Assembly (NCBI GenBank): GCA_965198225.1
Contig: CBDAOY010000004.1
Location: 256,001 to 320,000 of the forward strand
DNA: 64,000 nucleotides
Reading direction: 5' to 3'
Origin: Terriglobia bacterium
GTDB taxonomy: Bacteria; Acidobacteriota; Terriglobia; 20CM-2-55-15
How positions within the stretch are numbered: the stretch's first letter is position 1; each line of letters begins with the position of its first letter. The notes beneath the pieces were generated by a model that was given only the letters and a program-made list of their open reading frames with translations, did not search any database and was not told where the DNA came from. Below, piece after piece: positions 51,606 through 61,421 of this stretch. The position numbers were made by a program, and so were the translations under genes.

Positions 51606-52127
51606 ATGTGGATATCGACATGGATTCTTTCCGCCTCGCTGCTATTCCAGGGCGGCGCAGGGCCGGACCGGCAACTCTTCAGCCGGATTCTCGCGGAGTC
51701 GAGCCCCGCGGAGAAACTGCGTCTGGTCGATGAGCTCGCGAAGAAGTATCCGGAATCGGACGTGCGGGACGACGCCTACTTGATCGCCATGGGCATCTAC
51801 CAGACCCAGGGGGATGCCGCGAAGACGGTCGACTACGGAGAGCGCGCGATCAAGGTCAATCCGGAGGCGCTGGAAGCGCTCGTGACACTTTCCCGTCAGT
51901 ACGCTGTCGAGGGACGCAACTTGAATCGGGCGTTCCAGTATGCCCGACGCGCAATCGACGTGGCCGACAGGGCGCGGAACAACCCGCCGCCTGGCTACAA
52001 CGCCGACGTCTGGGCGCGATACGTTTTGCAGAGCAAGGAGACGGCGGAAGGGACCATCAAGTACATTCAAGGATTCGCGAACTCGGTCCTGGGCCGCAAG
52101 AAGGGGCCGGGGGGACCGGAATCGTAG
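51606..52127 (+). CDS. Secreted TPR protein
   Basis: KYPES..RDDAY and YGERAIKVNPE helical repeats. Confidence 0.7.
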   Translation: MWISTWILSASLLFQGGAGPDRQLFSRILAESSPAEKLRLVDELAKKYPESDVRDDAYLIAMGIYQTQGDAAKTVDYGERAIKVNPEALEALVTLSRQYAVEGRNLNRAFQYARRAIDVADRARNNPPPGYNADVWARYVLQSKETAEGTIKYIQGFANSVLGRKKGPGGPES

Positions 52128-52141
52128 GCCGTTGTCCGTTG

Positions 52142-52211
52142 GTGTAGGTGCGCTCTATGAGCGCACATTCCTCATGCCGGGACAATGTGCGGTCAGAGAC
52201 CGCACCTACAC
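52142..52211. repeat. GTAG-type REP doublet
   Basis: Inverted arms; supplies the TAG stop of the GNAT gene. Confidence 0.88.
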
Positions 52212-52655
52212 ATCTCTACCCGGATACCTCACGTTCTCAAACGGCCACACCTCCAACATCCACCGCTGAATCCTATCAAACAGGTCCCCATCCAGCATCT
52301 CGCATTCCTCCTTCCGAACCCACATGAAGACATCGGCATCTGCCGTTTCAGACGGATAGATGTAGACGCATCCCAGGCAGCGTTCTTCGTCCAGGCTCAT
52401 CATCGTAAAGGCGAATGAGGAACATTTCTGGAATTCTTTCTGATGCCAGCCCAGGTCGATCAGGTCCTGTTCCAGGGTGAGGCCTTCCGGCCACGGGGAG
52501 GTGGAGTCGAGCACGCCTTTCAGGTGATCGATACTCGACATCACCGCGTCATAGTCCTTCACGACGTCGTTGATGGTGAGTATTCGCAGGCGGTAGCGGT
52601 CGGTTTCGATACCGACCGGTACGTCAAAATCGTCGGGTACCAGCCTTCTGGTCAT
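52206..52655 (-). CDS. GNAT (RimJ/RimL-like) acetyltransferase
   Basis: DYDAVMSS, WP, HQKEF and CLGCVYIYP pattern. Confidence 0.75.
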   Translation of the reverse strand: MTRRLVPDDFDVPVGIETDRYRLRILTINDVVKDYDAVMSSIDHLKGVLDSTSPWPEGLTLEQDLIDLGWHQKEFQKCSSFAFTMMSLDEERCLGCVYIYPSETADADVFMWVRKEECEMLDGDLFDRIQRWMLEVWPFENVRYPGRDV

Positions 52656-54208
52656 GGCAGCGGCGGCGTGCTCACGGGCGGGCGTCGATGCCGCGTGGCC
52701 TGTTCGTAGGCATACACGAACCTGATCAGGGTGCCCTCGTCAAATGCGCGGCCCACGAACGACAGGCCGGCGGGAAGCGTGCCGTCGACGTAGCCCATCG
52801 GGACGGTGATCGCCGGAAAACCCGTTCCCGGTGAGAGGCGCTGGCTATTGTCGCCGTGCGGGGAGGAAAGATCTCCGACCAGTCGTGGGGGATTGTTCCA
52901 GGTCGGGTAGATCACAGCATCGACATTGGCGTCTTCCATTGCGCGCAGCAGAGCCTGACGCAGTTGTTCTTCGCCTTCCGCCGTGGTTTCGCAGCCGGGG
53001 TTCTCTTCGGGCGCCAGCTCCGTTCGCTGGTTGCGCTCCAGGCGTGGGCGGACCGAAAAGTGAAAGTCGCCCGAGGCGATAATCTCTTCGAGGCTTCCGA
53101 TAGGAGCCTCGTCGCCCAGACCGGCAAGGTAGCTGTTGATGTCGAACTTGAAGCGGCTGCAGCTGCCGAACCGAATCTGCCGGTATTCGGGAAGCGGGAC
53201 GGGATCGACGACGATCGCGCCCTCGCGCCGCATGTCGCCGATCGCGCCCTCCATCAACTCCAGGATCCTGGGGTCCGCGGTGTCGGTATTCGAAATCACG
53301 CGCATCACGCCGATGCGCGCACCCCTCAGGCCGTCCCTCTGGAGGTATGAGGCGTAGCTTTCTTCTTTCCTTCCCTGGCTGGCGGCCGTCACGGGATCGT
53401 CGGGGTCGTATCCGGCGATCGCGTCGAACACCGCCACGGCGTCGGCCACGGTTCGCGCCATCGGTCCACCGATATCACGGGCGTAGCTGAGCGGGACGAT
53501 CCCGGCCCGGCTGGTCAGTCCCATCGTCGAGCGGATCCCGACGAGAGCGTTGTGCGAGGACGGACCACGGATCGAGTTGCCGGTGTCGGTACCCAACCCA
53601 ACGGTCCCAAAATTCGCGGCGATCGCCGCTCCGGTCCCGCCGCTGGACCCGGCAGGCACTCGGTTCAGGGCGTACGGGTTGAACGTGTATCCAGGGATGG
53701 TCGACCCGATCGTCTCGTACGGGGTGAACGCGAACTCCGCCATGTTGGACTTGGCCAGGACGATCGCTCCGGCTTCCCGGATCCTGCGGACCTGGAAGGC
53801 GTCCTTCGACGACACCCAGTTTCCGAACGACGCGGAGCCGGCTGTGGTGGGCAGGTCGATAGTTTCGTAGTTGTCCTTGACGATCATCGGGACGCAGTGG
53901 AGCGCACCGACCGGGCCGGATTCGGCGTAGGCACGATCCAGTTCGTCCGCTCGCGCCAGGGCGTTCGTATTGACGACGATGATGGCGTTCAGGGAAGGGC
54001 CTCTCTTGTCGTAGGCCTCGATTCGATCCAGGTAGTGCTGGACCAACTCGCGACACGACAGGCTGCCGGTTTCAAGCGCCGAGTGAATGTCGCTGATCGT
54101 GGCCTCTTCGGTCCGGTAGAGGTCGAAGCCCTGAGCGCCGGCGTGGGCGCAGAAAATCAGAGTCGTCCATATCGGCAGGCACCGACAAAGGTTCCAGGCT
54201 CTCCTCAT
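52652..54208 (-). CDS. Amidase signature family protein
   Basis: VKDN, GSSGG and GTDTGNSIRGPS (Ser-cisSer-Lys triad). Confidence 0.93.
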   Translation of the reverse strand: MRRAWNLCRCLPIWTTLIFCAHAGAQGFDLYRTEEATISDIHSALETGSLSCRELVQHYLDRIEAYDKRGPSLNAIIVVNTNALARADELDRAYAESGPVGALHCVPMIVKDNYETIDLPTTAGSASFGNWVSSKDAFQVRRIREAGAIVLAKSNMAEFAFTPYETIGSTIPGYTFNPYALNRVPAGSSGGTGAAIAANFGTVGLGTDTGNSIRGPSSHNALVGIRSTMGLTSRAGIVPLSYARDIGGPMARTVADAVAVFDAIAGYDPDDPVTAASQGRKEESYASYLQRDGLRGARIGVMRVISNTDTADPRILELMEGAIGDMRREGAIVVDPVPLPEYRQIRFGSCSRFKFDINSYLAGLGDEAPIGSLEEIIASGDFHFSVRPRLERNQRTELAPEENPGCETTAEGEEQLRQALLRAMEDANVDAVIYPTWNNPPRLVGDLSSPHGDNSQRLSPGTGFPAITVPMGYVDGTLPAGLSFVGRAFDEGTLIRFVYAYEQATRHRRPPVSTPPLP

Positions 54209-54233
54209 CCTTCCTTCCTCCCTCCCCGATCTC

Positions 54234-54596
54234 TCAACCCGCGCGCGTTCCGTTGGGGACCGGGCGCTCCGGGGTGAGTAGTGCCGGCTGGACGCCGTCC
54301 TCGTAGCCGACATCGAACAGCATTCCCTCAGACACCTCGCCCATCATCTTCCGGGGTTCCAGGTTGACGATGAACAGCGCCTGCCGGCCTTCGATCTCCG
54401 TCGGATCCGCGCGCTCCTGTTTCATTCCCGCAAGTATCGTCCGCTTGTGGTTGCCGAAATCGACGGTGAGCCGAACCAGCTTGTTGGACCCTTCGACCTC
54501 GGCGACACGCTCGATCGTACCGACGCGGGCGTCAATCTGATTGACGACATCGATATTGATCGAGGGTTTGACCTGGGCAGGTTTCATTTCTTGCAA
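54234..54596 (-). CDS. tRNA-binding / CsaA-like OB-fold protein
   Basis: D.RVGTI, LTVDFG, VNLEPRKMMGEVSEGM and VPNG motifs. Confidence 0.88.
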   Translation of the reverse strand: MQEMKPAQVKPSINIDVVNQIDARVGTIERVAEVEGSNKLVRLTVDFGNHKRTILAGMKQERADPTEIEGRQALFIVNLEPRKMMGEVSEGMLFDVGYEDGVQPALLTPERPVPNGTRAG

Positions 54597-54734
54597 TCGA
54601 TCCTCCCGATCTCAATTCGCGGCCAGTTCTTTCATCAACTGCCCGGTGAGCTTACAACGCGGGAAAAGGCGGGTCAATTTGGACAGGGTAGAGGTCGTGC
54701 CCTGGGACTGGTTCCGATCCTCGAGATGTTCCTG

Positions 54735-54790
54735 ACGCCAAGACGCAGAGGCGCAGAGGAGGAAGTCCAGTTCTTCAGACTCTGCGTCAC
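54735..54790. repeat. Degenerate ACCACG/GACGCAGAG-family inverted repeat
   Basis: gacgcagaggcgcagag...ctctgcgtc; similar copy at 57431-57497. Confidence 0.55.
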
Positions 54791-54869
54791 AACCGCTTGC
54801 CGGTAACCGAAAATTCCAGTTCAGGCGTTGACGTGCCGTTCAACGGGTAACGGCCTACGGCCTACGTCT

Positions 54870-57316
54870 TCACTCATACCGCAGCGCGACCATCGGGTCG
54901 ACCCGCGTGGCGCGGCGGGCGGGCAGGTAGCATGCCGCCAGTGCGATGAGGCCGAGCGTGGCAGCGACGGCCCCAAAAGTGACCGGATCGGTGGCCCCGA
55001 CACCAAACAACAGGTCCGCCATCACCCGCGTGATCCCGAACGATACGGCCAGGCCGATGCCGAGGCCGATGAAGGTCAGGACCATTCCCTGACGGACCAC
55101 CAGGCGAAGCATCTGTCGGTCCGCCGCCCCGAGCGCCATGCGCAGGCCGATTTCGTGGGTGCGCTGGTTCACCGAGTAGGACATGGTCCCGTAGATCCCG
55201 ATCGATGCGAGGAACAACGCCACTCCAGCGAAGATGCTCAGCAGCAGGGTGTTGAATTGAGCCCGCCCCATCCAGGCGGACAGGACCTGCTCCATTGAGC
55301 GGACGTTCGACACCGGCTGATTCCGGTCGACTTCGGCGATCGCAGCCTGCACATCGGCCGAAAGCTGAAGAGGTTCGCCGCGTGTACGCGCGACCCAGGT
55401 CACCGGCAGCAGCGTGGCCGCGAGGGCCGTGAGCTGGTCGGGGACCTGCGCAGCGGGTACGAACAGTGTCGCCGGCGCATCCTGGTCGAGGCCGAATTCT
55501 CTTGTGGCTCCGACGATGCCGACAATCTGGCGCGAAGGATCCTCGAACCCGGGTCCCATTACGCGGCCGATCGTGATGAGCTGGCCGATCGGATCCCCAT
55601 CCGGGAAGTCGCGTCGGGCGAGCACCTCGTTGATAATGACGACCGGCGTCGACGCTGCAGTCTCACCAAGGTCGAAGTGTCGGCCGCGGGCGAGAGCGAT
55701 GCCCATGGCCTTGAAATAGCTCGGCGAGATCACGCGGTATTGCGAGTTCAGAAACTGGCCCTCCTCCATCTGCCGGCCCTCGATCTCAAACGGAAGGTCC
55801 GGTCCGGGTTCGGTCGGGAGGTTCGTGATCGTGGCTGCGTGTTCGACCTCCGGGATGAGTTCGATCCGCTCGATCGCGTTTCGGAAGAGGCGGTGCTGCG
55901 ACTCGGTCGTTTCGTAACGTCCGCCCGTCATCGACATCTGCATCGTGAGGATATTCGTGGGATTGAAGCCCGGATCGGTGTCTCGAAGCTCTGAGAAGCT
56001 GCGAAGCAGCAGCGCGGCGCCGATCAATAGCACGAGTGAGAGAGCCACTTCTGCGACGACCAGGGCTCCGCGAATACTGCGTCCTCCGATTCCCGCGGTC
56101 GTCCGCGTGCCGCTTTCGTGCAGCGTGTCCCTTAGATTCTGCCGCGACACTTGCAGTGCGGGAACAACGCCGAAGAGCAATCCGGTCAGGAGGGCAATGC
56201 CGAGAGTGAACAGGAGGACCCGAAAGTCCAGCCCGATCTGGACGAGCTCGGGGATATCGGCAGGACTCATCGCCAGCAGCGCCTTCAGGCCCCAGTGCGA
56301 CACCGTTAGACCCAGTGCGGCCCCGGCAAGCGACATCATCGCGGCCTCGGTCAGGAGCTGACGAATCAACCGCATCCGAGGGGCGCCCATCGCGGTCCGA
56401 ACAGCGATCTCCTGGCTCCGGGAAGCGGCGCGCGACAGCAGCAGGTTGGCCACGTTGGCGCACGCGATCAGCAGCACGAACGCCACCGCGCCGAGCAGGA
56501 TCAACAGCGCCGGACGGACTCCATCGGTGAGGTTGTAGTGGTAGCTGATCCCTCGGATCGATTCTTGGTCCGACATCAGCTCCGGATAGGTCTCGCGGAA
56601 CTGCCCTGCCAGAGGTTCCAGTCCGGCGTTGGCCTCCTCGAGCGTCATCCCGGGCTTCATGCGGCCGGCAGCGCGATCAGGTTGGCCTGATCCTGGCTGT
56701 CGGCGACGGGCTGCAGCGGCGTCCAGACGTCGGATGGAGGCGTAAACTGAAATCCTTCGGGCATCACGCCGATCACGGTATACCTCTTGTTGCTCAGCAT
56801 GATGGACTGGCCGACCAGGCTCGGATCGGCGCCGAACCGGCTCTTCCACAAACCCTCGCTGACGATGACGACCGACTCCGCTCCGGGCCGTCCCTCTTCC
56901 GGCAGGAAGCTTCGGCCGATCTGAGGTTCCACCCCGAGGACGGAGAACAGTTCGGTCGAAACGCGGATGCCGCGGATGCGTTCGGGACGGTCGCCTCCAG
57001 TGAGGTTGTGGCCAGCGCCGAGTACGTCGTATGCTCCGAGTTGATCGAAGACGGTGTTGCTGTCTCTCCAGAACACGAACTTCGTCATCGACACCGAATC
57101 GCTCGTCCCTCCACCTTCGAACGCACGAACCACCGAAACGAGTTCGTCCGGCTGTTCGTAGGGCAGCGGCCGCAGCATCACCGCGTTGACGACGCTGAAG
57201 ATGGCGGTGTTGGCACCGATTCCGAGAGCCAGCGCGCAGACCGCGACGGTCGTGAAGGCCCGGTTCTTGATCATCACCCGGTAGGCGTACCGGACGTCCT
57301 GAAGCAGGTTCCTCAT
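54870..57316 (-). CDS. ADOP-type duplicated MacB/FtsX ABC permease, frameshifted near 56670
   Basis: QDVRYA.R...LALGIGANTAIFSVVNAV.LRPLPY; LLIACANVANLLL; RRATRVDPMVALRYE; the two halves lie in different frames. Confidence 0.9.
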
Positions 57317-57544
57317 CGCTTTCCTCCGTAAGGTATCCCTTACGGATTGGGTCCAGTGGGTGTTCCACCGTAATTGTGGGACGAGTCAGTCTCGGGGCGT
57401 GAACCCGCGGGGCCGTTCCGCCGGGGTCTTTAGTCGCAGAGTCGCAAAGACGCGGAGTCTGAATAACCAGGTCTTTGCACTCTGCGTCTTCGCGTCGATG
57501 CCACGGGGCGGGCGGAATCGTGTCTCGGCCAGGGTTGCCACTGG

Positions 57545-58095
57545 CTACCGGATGCGAATGCTGCCCGACGATGTCCGAGGCCGGATCTGGACACCGCCGC
57601 CGTTGACCTGGCCACTGAGTCTGTTTCGGCGCTGGTTCTGGGTTGTGATGGGCTGATCCATCGAGATCGAGCCTGACGATGTTTCCGCGTCCAGGTCGAA
57701 GCCGAACTGTGCGGGCAGGTCGAGCGTGATTCCGCCCGAGCTTGCACTCACGCTCCAGTCGTCGGTGGGTTCTCCGTCGACTTCGATGTCGCCGCTACCC
57801 GAGCTGGCGCTCAACCCGCCTCGGATATCTCGGGCCTCGATGTCTCCGGAACCCGTACTTATCGCGACGTCTCCCGGGCCGGACTGTTCCACCTCGATCT
57901 CGCCGCTGCCGGTCTGAGCCTGGAACGAACCCGCGATTCGCTCTGCCGTGATGTCACCGCTGCCGGTACGCGCCTCGACGTCGCCGTCGATGTTGCTCAA
58001 CTCGACGTCTCCGGAACCCGAGGTCACCTCGACGGGCCCCGCCACATCCATGACGTCCTGGTCTCCGGATCCGCTGCGTGTTTGCACTTCCGTTA
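57545..58095 (-). pseudogene. 3' fragment of a DUF4097 (putative adhesin, beta-strand repeat) protein
   Basis: Repeated T/S-GSGD units and terminal TSSGSIRIR; no start or signal peptide; upstream in-frame sequence is not protein-like. Confidence 0.7.
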
Positions 58096-58129
58096 CCTCG
58101 ACAAGCTGGAAAACGGCGCCGCGCCCAGT

Positions 58130-58640
58130 TTTGTTCCCTCCCCGTGGCATTTTTGAGCCATGCGAAATGGGAGCGGCATCCGATGTGTTGCGAGTGTGCA
58201 GATGTTTGAATGAACTTTGCCGTCGCCGGACCGGATGGAAGGCCAAGGGTAAAGCGTGCCACTCCAACCCGGAGGCACCGGCGTTCGAGGGTTGACCAGC
58301 TATCCTCCTCTGGACCCTCTGAAGGCGGCAGCGCGGGTTGGATTCCGTGCCGCCGATTTCGAACGGCAACGGGTTTTTTCTCGGTACGCCTGCGAGAGCG
58401 GGTGTGCCGCCGTGTCGGCAGGCGTTGGGGAACGTGCTGCTGCAGGTGTGGCTTGCTGCGGGCTGCACCTGCGGACACGGTTTGCGCATTACCTTCCGTT
58501 TCCTTGCCGCCGCGACCGGCATCGTTCATGATGAAGGCCGGTCGGTTGTCCGGAGCCCCCACCGGTCGGAACCGTTCAGGAGCAAGCAGCCACTGGCTGC
58601 TACACTTGACGACAAGTGGCTGGAATGGTTCTGTAGCTGT
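58130..58640 (+). ncRNA. Candidate large structured non-coding RNA (family unidentified)
   Basis: At least 9 stems including a nested multibranch domain; G-U wobbles and a GAGA tetraloop work only on the + strand; no credible ORF; boundaries approximate. Confidence 0.6.
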
Positions 58641-58642
58641 TT

Positions 58643-59395
58643 ATGTCCTCAGAAGATAGGAAGGATTCCTCACCAACGGCGCCGCGGATTCTCGTGGCCG
58701 AAGACAATCCTGTCAACGTGAAGCTGGCCGTGCTCCTGCTGAAGCGATTTGGCTACGACGCCGACACCGTCTCGAATGGTAGCGAAGCGCTCGACGCGAT
58801 GGCCGGCCGGGCGTACGACGTGGTGCTGATGGACGTTCAAATGCCTGTCATGGACGGTCTGGAGGCGACGCGCCGGATTGCCGGCCTCGGCGCCGGGACA
58901 CCCCGCCCGGTGGTCATCGGCATGACGGCGAATGCGGTTGAAGGCTTTCGCAAGACATGCCTCGAGGCGGGGATGACCGACTACATCAGCAAGCCGGTAC
59001 AGCCTGAGGAATTGAAGGCGACCCTCCTCCGTGCGCTCGAAGAGCGGCAGGCCACACGTCCCATGGCCGACGCCCCGGAAGATCAGACTGCCCCCTTGAT
59101 GTCTGACGCACACCTGGATTTCCTGATCCAGCTTGCCGGGCCGTTTGTCGACGATACGACGCGATCGCTGAACGAACTGTCTCGCAGAGCCGAGCGGGGT
59201 GAGCCAGCCGAGCTCGGTCGTATCGCCCATCGTCTGAAAGGCAGCTGCCAGATCTTCGGCGCCCACCACATGTCTTCGATCTGCGGGGAACTCGAAGAAC
59301 TCGGCCGTTCGGGTTCGACGGTTGCCGCCGCGGAGCTGATCTCCCGCCTGGAGGAGCAGTTTCTGCTCGTGAAGTCTGAATTGACCGCCGACTGA
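58643..59395 (+). CDS. Response-regulator receiver plus Hpt domain protein (possibly the 3' part of a hybrid kinase)
   Basis: ILVAEDN, LMDVQMPVMDG, TANA and SKP; Hpt AHRLKGS. Confidence 0.85.
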   Translation: MSSEDRKDSSPTAPRILVAEDNPVNVKLAVLLLKRFGYDADTVSNGSEALDAMAGRAYDVVLMDVQMPVMDGLEATRRIAGLGAGTPRPVVIGMTANAVEGFRKTCLEAGMTDYISKPVQPEELKATLLRALEERQATRPMADAPEDQTAPLMSDAHLDFLIQLAGPFVDDTTRSLNELSRRAERGEPAELGRIAHRLKGSCQIFGAHHMSSICGELEELGRSGSTVAAAELISRLEEQFLLVKSELTAD

Positions 59396-59554
59396 CCCGC
59401 AGCAGCTCCTTCTGGCCGACGAGGTCGCCATTCAGCGGCACCTCTTCGACGCTGCTCGAACGGAATCCTTTCTTCCCGAAGAACCCATCTAAAGATGGAT
59501 TGTGCGCCGGGGCTGTGTGCCGATATCCTCATGTCCCGGGCTGGTTGGTGCTAA

Positions 59555-60684
59555 CTAGTGGCCTGTAACGTTGAAAGTGGGACCAGTAATGTCCCTGCGT
59601 TGAGTTAACGTTCGTGCATGACCTATACAGCTGTGCGAGTGACGCCGAAAGTCGAGCGGGAACTGCAAAGACGAGTGCGCTCCCGAGCGCTGCGGGCCGA
59701 TGATGTGCGACGGGCTCGTTTGATACTGATGCTTGCCGACGGTCAGTCGTTCTCGGTGATCCGTGAAGCGCTGGGCTGTAACCGCAGCTACATCACGCGA
59801 TGGAAGAACCGATTTCTCGAAGACGGATTGTCGGGGTTGTACTCGCGACATGCGGGCCGAGCAGTGGAAAAACGAACGCCGAAGATGGAGGCTCGAATAC
59901 TGGCGTGGACAAGCAAGCCGCCGCCGGATGGATCCACGCACTGGAGTAGCCGCAAGTTGGCCGCTCATCTGGGAACGACTCACATGATGGTCGCCCGGGT
60001 TTGGAAACGCGCCGGACTGCAACCCCACCGAATCGAGCGCTACATGGCTTCCAACGATCCGGACTTTGAGAAGAAAGCGGCCGATATCATCGGACTCTAC
60101 GTCAATCCGCCGCAGCATGCGGCCGTCTTTTGCGTCGATGAAAAGACGGCTATCCAAGCCTTGGACCGTTTGGTTCCGGTGCTTCCGCTTTCTCCGGGCC
60201 GTGCGGAACGTCACGGCTTCGAGTATTTCCGCCATGGGACGCTCTCGCTCTATGCGGCGCTGAATACGAAGACCGGGGAGGTTGTCGGCAAAACGGCCCC
60301 ACGCCACACCAGCGAAGAGTTCGTGGCTTTCCTGGCGGATCTGCTGGTTCACCAACCACCGAACAAGGAGATTCACGTTATCGCTGATAACCTTTCCGCT
60401 CACAAGACCAAGCGAGTCCGGCAATTCCTCACCGATCATCCCCACGTTCACATTCACTACACGCCGACCTACTCGTCCTGGTTGAACCAAGTCGAACTCT
60501 GGTTTGCGAAGATCGAGCGGGATGTCATCGTCCGCGGCATCTTCACTTCCGTTAAAGATCTGGCTCGCAAGCTCATGCGATACGTTCGTCATTACAACAA
60601 ACAACCTAAACCCATAAAGTGGACCTATCGGGACGCCTCCAAGCGAATTCTCCCGGACCCGATTTAACTGTTACAGGTCACTAG
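59555..60684 (+). mobile_element. IS630-family insertion sequence (coordinates include flanking CTAG)
   Basis: Imperfect TIRs TGGCCTGTAAC.. / ..GTTACAGGTCA, CTAG on both sides, intact transposase. Confidence 0.93.
59618..60667 (+). CDS. IS630 family transposase
   Basis: HTH region (THWSSRKLA), DDE triad VDEK / ADN / NQVE, TPTYSSWLN and KPIKW. Confidence 0.95.
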   Translation: MTYTAVRVTPKVERELQRRVRSRALRADDVRRARLILMLADGQSFSVIREALGCNRSYITRWKNRFLEDGLSGLYSRHAGRAVEKRTPKMEARILAWTSKPPPDGSTHWSSRKLAAHLGTTHMMVARVWKRAGLQPHRIERYMASNDPDFEKKAADIIGLYVNPPQHAAVFCVDEKTAIQALDRLVPVLPLSPGRAERHGFEYFRHGTLSLYAALNTKTGEVVGKTAPRHTSEEFVAFLADLLVHQPPNKEIHVIADNLSAHKTKRVRQFLTDHPHVHIHYTPTYSSWLNQVELWFAKIERDVIVRGIFTSVKDLARKLMRYVRHYNKQPKPIKWTYRDASKRILPDPI

Positions 60685-60955
60685 TGGCCTGTAACAGTGC
60701 TATCGGCACCATCGCCGATGGGTCTTGCGGGCGAGGTCGAGGAGGGAGACGGAAAGCGATGCTCATTCATCGGTGACGGCTTCCGACAAAGAGATCGCCC
60801 GCAACCCCCATCGGCCCGAAGGGTTCGGCGGAACGGCGCCGTCTTCGGTGTCGTAACGCCCTCGCAATGAAACAGCATTGGCTCGGGCGTCACTCCTAGA
60901 ATCCGACGCCGTTCCGCCGAACGCTGGTACCGATAGCACTGTTACAGGTCACTAG
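60681..60955. mobile_element. MITE, 275 bp (copy 2), directly abutting the IS630
   Basis: Shares one CTAG with the IS right end; near-identical to 44859-45133. Confidence 0.92.
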
Positions 60956-61374
60956 GGCATCAGCCCCTTGTACGCCAGAGCGACGGTGGTGCGGTTCTTG
61001 AGGCCGGTTTTTTCAAGAACCTGATGAACATGGTCCTTGACCGTCGCCTGCGAAATGAAGAGGCGCGCTGCGATCGCTTTGTTGGACATGCCTTCCGCGA
61101 TCAGTGCCACGACCTCCATCTCCCTCGGCGAGAGGCTGTCCAGGCACGCGTCCGGTGTTGGTTCGAACGGGACCCGGACGACAACCAGTGGCTCACCAAG
61201 ATCTTCAGCGGCCCTGAAGTCGACCGTGATGCCTGTTGCGATCCGGACCTGCTCAGCTATGTGAACCAGTTCAGCCGAGGGCACCGAAGAGCCTGGAGTT
61301 CGGTGCATCTTTCCCACGAGGACCCGGAGTCGCTCGAGAGCGGCGGAATCGAGATGTGACCGTCGGTTCGGCAT
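60952..61374 (-). CDS. LuxR-type HTH regulator without receiver domain
   Basis: LSPREMEVVALIAEGMSNKAIAARLFIS.ATVKDHV; stop TAG lies in the MITE CTAG. Confidence 0.85.
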   Translation of the reverse strand: MPNRRSHLDSAALERLRVLVGKMHRTPGSSVPSAELVHIAEQVRIATGITVDFRAAEDLGEPLVVVRVPFEPTPDACLDSLSPREMEVVALIAEGMSNKAIAARLFISQATVKDHVHQVLEKTGLKNRTTVALAYKGLMP

Positions 61375-61421
61375 TTGAACGGTTCGGTAGTCGGGTGAGT
61401 TTATCAGACGAGGAGACCGAG

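Noticed and set aside
3681-56659. Selenocysteine read-through at other premature TGA stops (3681, 9255, 41779, 56657)
   Set aside because: The continuations lie in different frames and there is no Cys-motif context; these are frameshifts
58233-58356. tRNA genes (D-loop-like GCCAAGGGTAAAGC; T-loop-like GTTCGA and GGTTGGATTCC)
   Set aside because: No complete cloverleaf with a 7-nt anticodon loop and matched stems could be built; treated as part of the larger structured segment
58568-58592. SRP RNA-like motif (GAACC..TCAGG...AAGCAGCC)
   Set aside because: Lacks the helix-8 stem and GNRA tetraloop between CAGG and AGCAG
59555-60604. 349-aa ORF antisense to the transposase, and other long antisense ORFs (e.g. 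25652-26890, 38486-39757)
   Set aside because: Shadow frames of real genes in GC-rich DNA with no recognisable motifs
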